A stretch of DNA of 64,000 bases from Parcubacteria group bacterium GW2011_GWC2_48_17 (GCA_001003605.1 LCPL01000003.1:1811-65810), one strand, 5' to 3'. Counted from the first letter of the stretch, positions 47,538 to 57,190 are shown. Notes: generated by a model from the sequence alone, not told the origin. A program made the numbers and translations.

Positions 47538-47735
47538 ATGTTCAATTCATTTTTCACCAAACGGAAAAAGGACTTTTCCGGCACGCCATCCAAAGACCCG
47601 GTATGCGGTATGCAGCCGACCGAAGGCATTACCCTTACTCATGATGGCGTTACCTATTTATTCTGTTCAACTTATTGTATGCAGTTGTTCAAACAAAATC
47701 CCTGGAGTTATATTAAAATACAGGAAAATAATTAA
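47538..47735 (+). CDS. YHS domain protein
   Basis: KDPVCGM, YLFCS.YC. Confidence 0.88.
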   Translation: MFNSFFTKRKKDFSGTPSKDPVCGMQPTEGITLTHDGVTYLFCSTYCMQLFKQNPWSYIKIQENN

Positions 47736-47782
47736 ACCCAGCGCTTTGACTGCAGGGTATTCAAGGCGCGGGGTAAACAATT

Positions 47783-48166
47783 ATGGAATTTGACTACACG
47801 ATAACAACGACAAAGACATTTGACGCGGCGGTAGAGAGCGTGCAAGAGCAAATCAGGAAAGCCGGCATGCGCGTTCTCTATGTCCACGATGTGCAAAAGA
47901 CGCTTGGTGAGAAAGGCATTACGAGAGAGCCGTTCAAGATAATTGAGTTTTGCAATGCAAAGTTTGCGAATGAGTTTCTGGATATTGACGTGAAAATCGG
48001 GCTCTGCATGCCGTGCAAGATAAACGTGTATGTCAAAGACGGAGAGATTTTCATTTCTGGTATGCGGCCGATTGTTCTGCCGCAGTTCTTTCCGAACGCC
48101 GTGTTAGGCGAACGAACGAAAGAAATTGACCGCATTGTGTTGCAAATCATTGACGGTGCGAAGTAA
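47783..48166 (+). CDS. DUF302 protein
   Basis: EFCN, LCMPCKI.VY. Confidence 0.85.
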   Translation: MEFDYTITTTKTFDAAVESVQEQIRKAGMRVLYVHDVQKTLGEKGITREPFKIIEFCNAKFANEFLDIDVKIGLCMPCKINVYVKDGEIFISGMRPIVLPQFFPNAVLGERTKEIDRIVLQIIDGAK

Positions 48167-48241
48167 TCCGCCGCCAATTCATTTAGAAGGGAATTGCGAT
48201 ACGAGTAAAGGTCGAGCATTATCAGATAAGTAAAAAATATC

Positions 48242-48511
48242 ATGCAATTAAATGCTATTAAGTTAGCGAATGCGGCGGCGGTAACGACAGGTATTCTCTA
48301 TGTCGTTTGCACGCTCTTTGTCGCTATCGCTCCACAGTTTAGTATGACGATTCTTGCGGGTGCTATGCACCTTCCGTCCGTCGCAGACGCGCTCGGAGAA
48401 ATGAGTGTAACACTCGGCGGATTCCTTCTTGGCCTTATCCCGCTCGTCATCTTCGGGTATGTCGCCGTGTATCTTGCGGCAACGCTCTACAACCGTTCAG
48501 TCAAAGCGTAG
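48242..48511 (+). CDS. small membrane protein (DUF5676-like)
   Basis: YVVC..MH..LYN. Confidence 0.7.
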   Translation: MQLNAIKLANAAAVTTGILYVVCTLFVAIAPQFSMTILAGAMHLPSVADALGEMSVTLGGFLLGLIPLVIFGYVAVYLAATLYNRSVKA

Positions 48512-48530
48512 TTATCTCAAACATCTTATT

Positions 48531-48560
48531 TGCTCCTCTTTACTCAAGTAAAGAGGAGCG
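48531..48560. repeat. 30-bp palindrome, family B
   Basis: TGCTCCTCTTTAC-TCAA-GTAAAGAGGAGCG. Confidence 0.85.
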
Positions 48561-48748
48561 GGGGAAAGTGTCGCATTGCCATTTCATAGATACCAATCCG
48601 CCCATGATACGAATCTGCGAATACCTACGAATGGGAACACCCTGCGCAGGGTTATTCGGTGCGGCCATGCACGGGTCTGACCTACCTGCGCCACGGACGA
48701 CGCGGCAGGCAGGCGCCCCTGCGGTGTCGCTCTTAAACTTTACTTTTT

Positions 48749-49573
48749 ATGACATCCACAGTGCCGCAATTTCACGCCGAACGGGTGAAGACGCACAAAA
48801 AAGCGGCTCTCATCGGTGTTTTGCTCTGGCCGATTGCCGCATCGTTTCTCTCGTTTCTTTTTAACGCGGGCGTTCTGCTCTCCACCGCGCTTTTTTTCGG
48901 CGTTCCCGCTCTTTATCTTTCATACCGGTGTAAAAAGCATATTGCGAAGGCCGCTCTTTTTTCTCTGCTCGTTACCGTCCCTGTCGCCACGATTGTGGAC
49001 TACATCATGGAGCATACGCGCGGCTGGCGGCTGCCTTCGTCGGTTTTCGGCAGTTTTCGACTCTTTGGGTATGTTACGATTGAGCAGTACATCTGGCTGT
49101 TCCTGTATGTTTATCTCGTAGTTATGTTCTATGAAGCGTTTTTGGAATCGCCGCATAGGGCAGGCGACCGAAGACACCCTCGCCTCAAGTGGCTATTTAT
49201 CGCGCTCGCCGCGCCGCTCGGTGTATTTCTCGCCGTGCTTGCGGTAAATCATTCTCTGCTTGCGATTGATTATTTTTATCTCAAGTTCGGCGTTCTCATG
49301 ATTGCCGCCCCGGTTATTTTTTTGGTTTTTCGCCTGCCCGCGCTTCTCGGGCGAATCCTCAAGGCCGGCGCGTATTTTTTCTTTCTCTCGCTCATCTATG
49401 AAGTAACGGCGCTCGCGCTTCGCCAGTGGGAGTTTCCCGCAGAGAACCAGTTTATCGGTATGATTAGCGTTTTTGGGATGCGGTTTCCATTTGAAGAGTT
49501 CTTTTTCTGGATTCTTCTCGGTGCTGTCGCGGCGCTCGCGTATTATGAATTTTTTGACGATGACAGGCAATGA
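48749..49573 (+). CDS. multi-TM protein with lycopene-cyclase-like repeats
   Basis: two halves ending TIEQYIW and PFEEFFFW. Confidence 0.6.
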   Translation: MTSTVPQFHAERVKTHKKAALIGVLLWPIAASFLSFLFNAGVLLSTALFFGVPALYLSYRCKKHIAKAALFSLLVTVPVATIVDYIMEHTRGWRLPSSVFGSFRLFGYVTIEQYIWLFLYVYLVVMFYEAFLESPHRAGDRRHPRLKWLFIALAAPLGVFLAVLAVNHSLLAIDYFYLKFGVLMIAAPVIFLVFRLPALLGRILKAGAYFFFLSLIYEVTALALRQWEFPAENQFIGMISVFGMRFPFEEFFFWILLGAVAALAYYEFFDDDRQ

Positions 49574-49595
49574 TGGCTGGCTCGCATGCAGGCAT

Positions 49596-49625
49596 TTGAC
49601 ACTCTATACCCCCTAGGGGTATCAT
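49596..49625 (+). promoter_or_regulatory. promoter with second CsoR operator
   Basis: TTGACA..TACCCCCTAGGGGTA..TATCAT. Confidence 0.82.
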
Positions 49626-49631
49626 ACCGTT

Positions 49632-51893
49632 ATGACGCATAAACACGATTGTTGCCATGATATAAAGCCGCAGGCAAACGCCATCCCCCTTATTCCCCCC
49701 TCTCAAGAGGGGGGAAGTGAGGAAAGGAGTGTGGTGTATTCATGTCCTATGCATCCGGAGGTCGTAAGCAACCGGCCCGGACTATGCCCCGAATGCGGAA
49801 TGACGTTATTGCCGGCTAAAAGTGAAAAGTTACCTGCCCGCCTAAGCATCGGCGCAGGCGGGAAAGTTAAAAATTCGCATGAAGAACATGCGAGTCATTT
49901 TGATAAGCACAAAGGACACAACGTCAATATTTTCAAGCGGAAGTTTTGGGTGTCGCTCGTACTGACTATTCCGATAGTGCTGTATTCAGAAGTAGCGGAG
50001 AAGATGGGAATTGCACTCCCGCCCTTTACCACAGTGGAGTGGCTTGCGCCGATTCTCGGTTCAATCGTCTTTTTCTACGGCGGATGGGTGTTTCTCATAG
50101 GTGCCTACCGCGAGCTCCGGGCACGGCTTCCCGGTATGATGACGCTTATCGCGCTTGCGATTTCTGCCGCCTATGCATACAGCGTGTTTGTAGTTACTCG
50201 CGGAGGCGAAGAAACCCTCTTCTGGGAACTCTCCTCTCTCGTTACCATCATGCTCCTCGGGCACTGGATTGAGATGCGCGCGGTCAGCGGCGCTCAAGGC
50301 GCTCTACGCGAATTATCAAAATTGCTTCCTGATACGGCAGAAGTGATAATTCGCAATACCGAATCTCAAATATCGAATATCGAAAAAGAAGAAACGAAAA
50401 AAGTTCCAATAGAAGAATTGAAAGTCGGAGACTGGGTTTTGGTAAAACCGGGGGCGAAGATTCCCGCGGACGGAAAAATCATCTCGGGACATTCTGACCT
50501 TAACGAATCGCTCCTAACGGGAGAATCAAAGCCGGTACACAAAAAAGAAAATGATGAGGTTATTGCCGGAGCCATTAACGGCGACGGGGCGCTTATAGTT
50601 GTGGTGCTGAAAATTGGGGAGGAAACTTTCCTCTCAGGAATTAAACGCCTCGTTGCCGAGGCGCAAGCGTCGAAGTCTCGTCTGCAAATGCTCGCGGACC
50701 GCGCGGCGCTCCTCCTTACGGTTATCGCCGTTGTTGCAGGTGCGCTTACGCTTGGCACATGGCTCTTTCTCGGCGCGGGCATTGTTTTTGCGATGTCGCG
50801 TCTTGTCGCGGTACTCGTCGTCGCATGTCCACATGCGCTTGGACTCGCGATTCCGCTTGTCGCGTCCATTTCGACCACAAAAGGCGCGCAGAATGGCGTT
50901 TTGGTAAAACAGCGGCTCGCGCTTGAAACAGCTCGCCACATTGACATCGTTCTCTTCGACAAGACCGGCACGCTGACGAAAGGTGAATACGGCATTACCG
51001 ATGTTTTGCCGGTTGAAGGAACGGTTGAAGAGATAATTTCACGCGCGGCTTCGGTGGAATACTATTCCGAACATCCGATTGCGCACGCGATTGTCCGAGA
51101 AGCGAAACAGCAGGGGCTTCGGCCGGTAGCGGCAAGCAAGTTTGAGCGAATCCCCGGCAAGGGAGCGAAAGCGCTTATGGATGGCATGATGGTCAAGGTC
51201 GGTAGCTACGAACTTTTGAAAGACGAGGGGCTAGCGGTTCCGGTGTCGGCAAGAGAAAAAGCCACGGCGCTTGCGAAAGAAGGCAAGACAATTATCTTTG
51301 TACTCTCCGGCAGGGTTCTTTCTGGCGCGCTAGCACTTGCCGATATCATACGACCGGAATCAAAGGAGGCGATTCACTCTCTTAAAGAGATGGGAGTACG
51401 GATTGCAATGATTACCGGAGATTCTGAAGAAGTGGGGAAGTGGGTGGCGCGGGAACTCAAGCTTGATGAGTATTTCGCGCGGGTGCTTCCAGAAGAAAAA
51501 TCAGCAAAAGTGAAGCTTCTCCAACAAAAAGGCAAAAAAGTAGCGATGGTCGGCGACGGCGTCAATGACGCGCCCGCGCTCACGCAAGCAGACCTAGGAA
51601 TTGCCATCGGCGCGGGCACGAATGTCGCCATAGAGTCGGCGGGCATCATTCTCGTGAAAAGCGACCCGCGAGATATCGTAAAAATTATCCGACTTTCTCG
51701 GCTCACATATCGCAAGATGATACAGAATCTCTGGTGGGCGGCGGGGTACAACATTATCGCGATTCCGCTTGCCGCCGGCGTCCTCGCCTCATGGGGTATC
51801 TTTCTTGAACCGGCCGTCGCGGCCATCCTTATGTCAGTTTCGACGGTCATCGTCGCGGGGAACGCCGTATTGCTTAGAAGACAAGAAATCTGA
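49632..51893 (+). CDS. copper-translocating P1B ATPase (CPH type, CopB-like)
   Basis: YSCPMHP..CPECGM, TGES, ACPHALGL, DKTGTLT, GDGVNDAP. Confidence 0.94.
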   Translation: MTHKHDCCHDIKPQANAIPLIPPSQEGGSEERSVVYSCPMHPEVVSNRPGLCPECGMTLLPAKSEKLPARLSIGAGGKVKNSHEEHASHFDKHKGHNVNIFKRKFWVSLVLTIPIVLYSEVAEKMGIALPPFTTVEWLAPILGSIVFFYGGWVFLIGAYRELRARLPGMMTLIALAISAAYAYSVFVVTRGGEETLFWELSSLVTIMLLGHWIEMRAVSGAQGALRELSKLLPDTAEVIIRNTESQISNIEKEETKKVPIEELKVGDWVLVKPGAKIPADGKIISGHSDLNESLLTGESKPVHKKENDEVIAGAINGDGALIVVVLKIGEETFLSGIKRLVAEAQASKSRLQMLADRAALLLTVIAVVAGALTLGTWLFLGAGIVFAMSRLVAVLVVACPHALGLAIPLVASISTTKGAQNGVLVKQRLALETARHIDIVLFDKTGTLTKGEYGITDVLPVEGTVEEIISRAASVEYYSEHPIAHAIVREAKQQGLRPVAASKFERIPGKGAKALMDGMMVKVGSYELLKDEGLAVPVSAREKATALAKEGKTIIFVLSGRVLSGALALADIIRPESKEAIHSLKEMGVRIAMITGDSEEVGKWVARELKLDEYFARVLPEEKSAKVKLLQQKGKKVAMVGDGVNDAPALTQADLGIAIGAGTNVAIESAGIILVKSDPRDIVKIIRLSRLTYRKMIQNLWWAAGYNIIAIPLAAGVLASWGIFLEPAVAAILMSVSTVIVAGNAVLLRRQEI

Positions 51894-51913
51894 AGTATGC
51901 TAGTATCAAAACA

Positions 51914-52315
51914 ATGAAAACACTTTCCCTCGTCATCCTCGCAGGTTTTATCGCCCTTTCCCTTTTTGGATTTTTGGGCATGCTTGAATCGTCCGATATG
52001 TCGCATACGCCGAATAAGTGCCTCGCCTCGCTCGCGCAAAACGGCGCTTGTCCGCCGTCGGAGAATACCGTTGCGTCGGCCCTCTTCCACACTAACGCGT
52101 ACAAGGTATTTTCGACGACTTTGCTTTCTGCCATGGCCGTGCTTATGGCCTTTGCGTTTATATGCGCCGGGTTCGGCTTTTCTTTGCATGCGATGATTCA
52201 TGGGGGTGGCAACGCGCTTATTCGTAGAATTGACGGCACTATTTCGCGGTATCTCGCCTTGCAAAAACTTAAACTCGCTTTAGTACGTTTCGAACACAGC
52301 CCCACCTCTCTTTAA
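51914..52315 (+). CDS. hypothetical membrane protein
   Basis: TM segments with Cys/His residues. Confidence 0.6.
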   Translation: MKTLSLVILAGFIALSLFGFLGMLESSDMSHTPNKCLASLAQNGACPPSENTVASALFHTNAYKVFSTTLLSAMAVLMAFAFICAGFGFSLHAMIHGGGNALIRRIDGTISRYLALQKLKLALVRFEHSPTSL

Positions 52316-52424
52316 GCGGCAAACTGCGCGCGTCGTCGAAACGCGCCATTTGTGCCGCTTGCGCCTGCCTGACGGCAGGTACTCTTACTCAAGAGTGTTT
52401 TTGCTTATCTAATTCATTTTCTTC

Positions 52425-52931
52425 ATGAAAAAAGGACTTATAGCAGGCGTCATAGTTATCGGTTTCATAGCGCTCCTCTTCTTTGCTGGAAGCGCAACCT
52501 CAAAGAAAACATCTTCAACAACTCAAAATGGGGCCGCAGTTTCAAGCGCATTTACCGCGTCGGAAACCTTCTTTGATTTCGGCACCATCTCAATGAAAAA
52601 CGGCAAAGTGAGCCGGATGTTCTCCGTTGCTAATGGAGGCGCCGCGCCGCAGACCATCAAACGAATCAGCACCTCCTGCATGTGCACCGAGGCATTCCTT
52701 GTCGGGCAAGATAACAGTAAAAGAGGACCGTTCGGGATGCCGGGTCACGGCGGATTCGCGCCGGACATTAACGAGGTTGTGCCGCCGCAAGAAAATCGCG
52801 GCATTGAAGTCGTCTTTGACCCTGGGGCGCACGGTCCTGCTGGCGTCGGGAAAATAGAGCGCGCCGTGTTTGTTGAAGACGGAAGCGGCGGTACGCAAGT
52901 GATTACCATTAAAGCGCTCGTAACGCCCTAG
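52425..52931 (+). CDS. DUF1573 protein
   Basis: FDFGTI, TSCMCT, FDPGAHGP. Confidence 0.8.
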   Translation: MKKGLIAGVIVIGFIALLFFAGSATSKKTSSTTQNGAAVSSAFTASETFFDFGTISMKNGKVSRMFSVANGGAAPQTIKRISTSCMCTEAFLVGQDNSKRGPFGMPGHGGFAPDINEVVPPQENRGIEVVFDPGAHGPAGVGKIERAVFVEDGSGGTQVITIKALVTP

Positions 52932-52968
52932 CGAGAAGCGTTAAGCGTGTAGCGTTTCGCGGTTAGCA

Positions 52969-53763
52969 ATGAAAACTATGTCTAAAAAATTATCCATTCT
53001 GCTCGGTGTTGTTATCGTGTTGGTGGGAGGGTTGTTCCTCCTAAAGTATTCATCGTGGGGCGCCTCGCTTGTCTGGAGCGCGAGCGGAGGCGGCGTCTGG
53101 CTCTTGCCGCTCGTTATAGTTTCGGCTCTCCTTGATAGCGTGAACCCGTGCGCGTTCTCGGTGCTTCTCATTACGATTGCATTTCTCTTCAGTTTGGGGA
53201 AGCCGCGAAACGAGGTGCTTAAACTCGGGGCGAGTTACATCGGGGGATTATTCCTTGCGTATCTGCTTATCGGTCTCGGTCTCTTACAAGCGCTCCACAT
53301 CTTCGGCGTGCCGCATTTCATGGGACGGCTCGGAGCGGTCATTGTCATCGCGTTTGGCGCTCTCCAGCTTTTGAGTTACTTCTTCCCGCAGATTAACTGG
53401 CTTCCCGGAATCCCCGCAAGCGTACACGCAAAAATGGGCAAACTCTTGGAGCGTGTTTCGTTATCGGCGGTCTTTCTCGTCGGAGTTCTTGTCGCACTCT
53501 GCGAATTTCCCTGCACAGGAGGACCATACTTAATGGTTCTTGGACTCCTGCACGATAGTCAAACCTACCTTTCCGGATTCGGCTATCTTATCTTCTACAA
53601 TCTCCTGTTCATACTTCCGCTTGTCGTTATTCTGCTCGTTGCCTCGCACAAGGAACTTCTTGAGAAAGTAAATGCGTGGCGTAAAGACGAGACGAAAAAA
53701 ATGAAAGTATGGCTCGGCCTCGCAATGGTCGCGCTCGGGATTATCATTTTATTCTTTGTATGA
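52969..53763 (+). CDS. CcdA/DsbD-like transmembrane protein
   Basis: DSVNPCAF, EFPCTGGPY. Confidence 0.82.
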   Translation: MKTMSKKLSILLGVVIVLVGGLFLLKYSSWGASLVWSASGGGVWLLPLVIVSALLDSVNPCAFSVLLITIAFLFSLGKPRNEVLKLGASYIGGLFLAYLLIGLGLLQALHIFGVPHFMGRLGAVIVIAFGALQLLSYFFPQINWLPGIPASVHAKMGKLLERVSLSAVFLVGVLVALCEFPCTGGPYLMVLGLLHDSQTYLSGFGYLIFYNLLFILPLVVILLVASHKELLEKVNAWRKDETKKMKVWLGLAMVALGIIILFFV

Positions 53764-53832
53764 TATGCCGCGCCGCGTGGATGCGGCGCGGCATAGCGAC
53801 ACTGCGAATGTCGCTCATGCGAATAAATCACA

Positions 53833-54342
53833 ATGGATATTGACGAGAAGAAAATCAATGAATTCTTGAAAAAAGTAGAAAAGATCAAAACATCCGGCGG
53901 CGTTGACCTCTCTGCCGCCGAAGACCTCTCCATCGCGGTCATGAATCTCATTTCCCTTGAAGAGCATTTCTTCTTCACTGGGGCAAAGACCAAAGACGGC
54001 TCGTACTACGACCTATCTGGCGAAGTCCGCGAAATGCGCAAACGACTGATGGAAGGACTTGTAGAGAAGCACGAAGGCGAAACATGGTGCGCCACGAAGC
54101 ACCTCCTCTCTAGCGCGATGCGGCTCATTGAGGTTGGCAATCGCTACAACGCGGAGGGCGATAAGGGAAAGGCAAAACAGTTCTTCACTGACGCGTACCG
54201 TCTGTACACAATTTTCTGGTCGCTCAAAACAAAGCTCGTATCGGCGCATGCGCTTCATGGTGCAGCACAAAACGCAGTGGAGAAGGGATGGTCGCTTGAA
54301 ACGCTAGTTGAGAAATTAGCGGATTGCTGTGATGAGAAATGA
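53833..54342 (+). CDS. hypothetical protein
   Basis: NLISLEEH, WCATKHLL, C-terminal DCCDE. Confidence 0.7.
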   Translation: MDIDEKKINEFLKKVEKIKTSGGVDLSAAEDLSIAVMNLISLEEHFFFTGAKTKDGSYYDLSGEVREMRKRLMEGLVEKHEGETWCATKHLLSSAMRLIEVGNRYNAEGDKGKAKQFFTDAYRLYTIFWSLKTKLVSAHALHGAAQNAVEKGWSLETLVEKLADCCDEK

Positions 54343-54359
54343 AAAAATAAAAAAGCAAA

Positions 54360-54746
54360 ATGCAAAATTACATATCAAAATCAAAAATTATCCCCGTCAT
54401 CATTCTTACCATTTTGATTTTTGTAGTTTCTATTTTCATTTTTCGCCCGTCGGGAAACGAAGAAAAAGCGGAGACACTAGGTAGTTTTGCTCGATGTCTT
54501 ACCGATAAGGGCTGGACAATGTACGGTGCGTACTGGTGTCCGCACTGCCAGAATGAAAAGGCCGCATTCGGCGATTCGTTCCGGTACGTGACATACATTG
54601 AATGCACGAAGGAGCCGAATCGATGCGTCGCCGCGAAGATAGACGGTTACCCGACATGGATAACAAACGACGGCAGGCGATTTGAGGGCGAACAAGGGAT
54701 TTCGAAGTTGTCAAAAATGAGCGGGTGTACATTAGTTACAAACTAG
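54360..54746 (+). CDS. membrane-anchored thioredoxin-fold protein
   Basis: MYGAYWCPHC, GYPTW. Confidence 0.85.
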   Translation: MQNYISKSKIIPVIILTILIFVVSIFIFRPSGNEEKAETLGSFARCLTDKGWTMYGAYWCPHCQNEKAAFGDSFRYVTYIECTKEPNRCVAAKIDGYPTWITNDGRRFEGEQGISKLSKMSGCTLVTN

Positions 54747-54925
54747 ACAAAGCACAATAACAGGAAAACACAAAACACAATACCCAAAAATCCAAACAAA
54801 GAAACAAACATTTCAAAGCACAGTACACAAAAAACCAAACAGGGAAACGAGTTTGTGTTTTGAGAAGTTTGAGGTTTTGTTTGGATATTGGATAGTTTGT
54901 GTTTTGGTACGTTTTCTTAACTTTG
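54745..54925. repeat. AAAACAC-type periodic inverted repeat
   Basis: AAAACACAAAACACAATACCCAAAAATCCAAACAA.. and TTTGTTTGGATATTGG arm. Confidence 0.8.
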
Positions 54926-54939
54926 TGTCTTCAATACCT

Positions 54940-55902
54940 ATGGAAGAAAAATCAAACGAAGTGAAAAATCTTCTGCCTGGAAGCATCTTCATCTCATCTA
55001 TTATTCTTGCAAGCGCATGGATCTATAAAGCGGAGTCAAAAACCAGAATCGAACCGGAAAAAAACAGACCGGAACACACCGAAAAAAGTACATCGTCTGT
55101 CCTTGAAGAAGCAGTGCTTCCATCCGGTGGAGTCATATTACCGGTTACATGGGGGAATCTTGGCTCGCGACTTGCAAGCGTTGGGGCGATAGACGCGGAG
55201 AAGCTTGAAGCTCTTTATGTGGAAAGAGGTGAGTTTACAGAAGAATATCGCGCTCTGCTTCTCGAACAAAGCCGTGGCAGGCTGAAAATGACGGAGGAAA
55301 ATTCAGGATATCTATTGAATCTATTTTGGGCGCTCGGCCTCGCAAGCAAAAACCCCATTCTGGATTCCGGCGAGATGAAAGACTCGCGCTATGGCGGAGC
55401 GGAGAACTTCGCCTCAACCGCTGGTTGGACTATTGCCAAAGGAAATCCGATGGAACACTTCAGCAGGCACAAATTTTTCAATCTGACACCAAGTCAGCAG
55501 GAACTTGTTGAAAAAGTGTCAAGGGGAATATACCGCCCGTGTTGTGGAAACTCAACGCATTTCCCTGATTGCAATCATGGAATGGCGATGCTCGGGCTTC
55601 TTGAGCTCATGGCCTCGCAAGGGGTCGGCGAAGAGGAGATGTGGAAGGCCGCTCTTGCCGTGAACTCGTACTGGTTTCCTGATACCTATCTTACGATAGC
55701 GGCGTACATGAAAAACAAAGGCGTTGAATGGCAAAATGTAGAGCCGCGGGAAATGCTTGGAGCAAAATACTCCAGCGCGCAAGGATACGCGAAAGTCGCA
55801 TCACAGGTTGTCGCGCCACGTGGACAAAGCGGCGGAAGCGGATGCGGCGTGGAGAGTGGAGGCGCGGCTCCAGCGCAGAAACAGAGCGGGTGCGGGATAT
55901 AA
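54940..55902 (+). CDS. membrane-anchored Cys-motif protein
   Basis: YRPCCGN..DCNHGMA; two GCG motifs at the C-terminus. Confidence 0.72.
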   Translation: MEEKSNEVKNLLPGSIFISSIILASAWIYKAESKTRIEPEKNRPEHTEKSTSSVLEEAVLPSGGVILPVTWGNLGSRLASVGAIDAEKLEALYVERGEFTEEYRALLLEQSRGRLKMTEENSGYLLNLFWALGLASKNPILDSGEMKDSRYGGAENFASTAGWTIAKGNPMEHFSRHKFFNLTPSQQELVEKVSRGIYRPCCGNSTHFPDCNHGMAMLGLLELMASQGVGEEEMWKAALAVNSYWFPDTYLTIAAYMKNKGVEWQNVEPREMLGAKYSSAQGYAKVASQVVAPRGQSGGSGCGVESGGAAPAQKQSGCGI

Positions 55903-55989
55903 GGCGACGAACAAAGGTGGATGAATCCCTTCACTTGGCGTGTTATCATATGAGCAAAAGTGTCTCTATTATTAGTAGGTGATTATAAT

Positions 55990-56373
55990 ATGCAATCTCT
56001 CAAAAAAGCGGAGTGGGTGCTTCGCATTGCGGTAGCAGGTGAGTTTATTGGTCATGGCGTCTTCGCCATGCAGGGGAAGAAAGACTGGATAGGATGGTTC
56101 GCGAATTTCGGCATCACCGACGCCTCTCTCGCGACGCAGCTTTTATTCCTCGTCGGTCTAATGGACATTTTGTTCGCGCTCATTATTCTGTTCCGCCCCG
56201 TTCGGATAGTGCTTCTCTGGATGGTATTTTGGGGTTTTTGGACCGCACTCATCCGTCCGCTCGTCGGGATGCCTGTCTGGGATTTTGTTGAGCGATGGGC
56301 GAATTGGGGGGCTCCGCTCGCTCTGCTCCTGCTTGTAGGCTGGCCAAAAACGATTCGTGAATGGTTTCGGTGA
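55990..56373 (+). CDS. DoxX-like membrane protein
   Basis: LRIAV..FIGHG, DFVERWANWGAPL. Confidence 0.7.
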   Translation: MQSLKKAEWVLRIAVAGEFIGHGVFAMQGKKDWIGWFANFGITDASLATQLLFLVGLMDILFALIILFRPVRIVLLWMVFWGFWTALIRPLVGMPVWDFVERWANWGAPLALLLLVGWPKTIREWFR

Positions 56374-56409
56374 TGCGGTGAAAAAAGTGTCGGTTAGTAG
56401 CTAATCCAT

Positions 56410-57177
56410 ATGAGTATGTTTGAACTTACGGGGAAAGTAGCGCTCGTCACGGGGGCGCGGCGCGGAATGGGAAAAGCCCACGCACTCGCACTCGCAAGGC
56501 AGGGCGCAAAGGTGGCGGTGACGGACGTGGACAAAAAGGAGTGTGAAGCGGTAGTCGAAGAAATCAAAAAAAGCGGCGGGGAAGCTGTGGCGCTTCGCTT
56601 GGATGTTTCGGAAGGGCGGGAGGTAGACAGTGTTTTCAGCGAGACAATCAAGACATTCGGCAGATTGGATATTTTGGTCAATAACGCCGGCATTTATTTC
56701 TCAAAACCCGCGCTTGAGCTCTCGGAGGAAGACTTTGAGAGAATGCTTTCCGTCAATCTCAAGGGACAATTTTTGTGCGCTCAACGGGCCGCGCGGGAAA
56801 TGGCGAAAAACAAATGGGGACGAATTATCAACATTGCCTCCGTCGCTTCCGGCCAGACGGGTGTCGGCATAGCCGGTGGCGCGCATTACACGGCATCAAA
56901 AGGCGGTGTTATCGGCATGAGCGAGACGCTTGCGATTGAGTGGGCGCCGCTTGGGATTACGGTAAATGTGGTTGGACCGGGCGCCATTGATACGCCGATG
57001 GTTGGAGCCGCACAAATTCCCAAGGCAGCTTTTGACGCCATGATTGCGCGCATTCCGCTCAAGAGAATGGGCAGGCCGGAAGAAATTTCCGCGGCCGTCG
57101 TGTTTCTTGCCTCCGAGGAAGCAAGTTATGTTACCGGCGCGACGTTATTTGTTGACGGTGGCTGGCTCGCGGCGTAA
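56410..57177 (+). CDS. short-chain dehydrogenase (FabG-like)
   Basis: TGARRGMG, NNAG, YTASK. Confidence 0.92.
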   Translation: MSMFELTGKVALVTGARRGMGKAHALALARQGAKVAVTDVDKKECEAVVEEIKKSGGEAVALRLDVSEGREVDSVFSETIKTFGRLDILVNNAGIYFSKPALELSEEDFERMLSVNLKGQFLCAQRAAREMAKNKWGRIINIASVASGQTGVGIAGGAHYTASKGGVIGMSETLAIEWAPLGITVNVVGPGAIDTPMVGAAQIPKAAFDAMIARIPLKRMGRPEEISAAVVFLASEEASYVTGATLFVDGGWLAA

Positions 57178-57190
57178 CATCTCGTATTTT

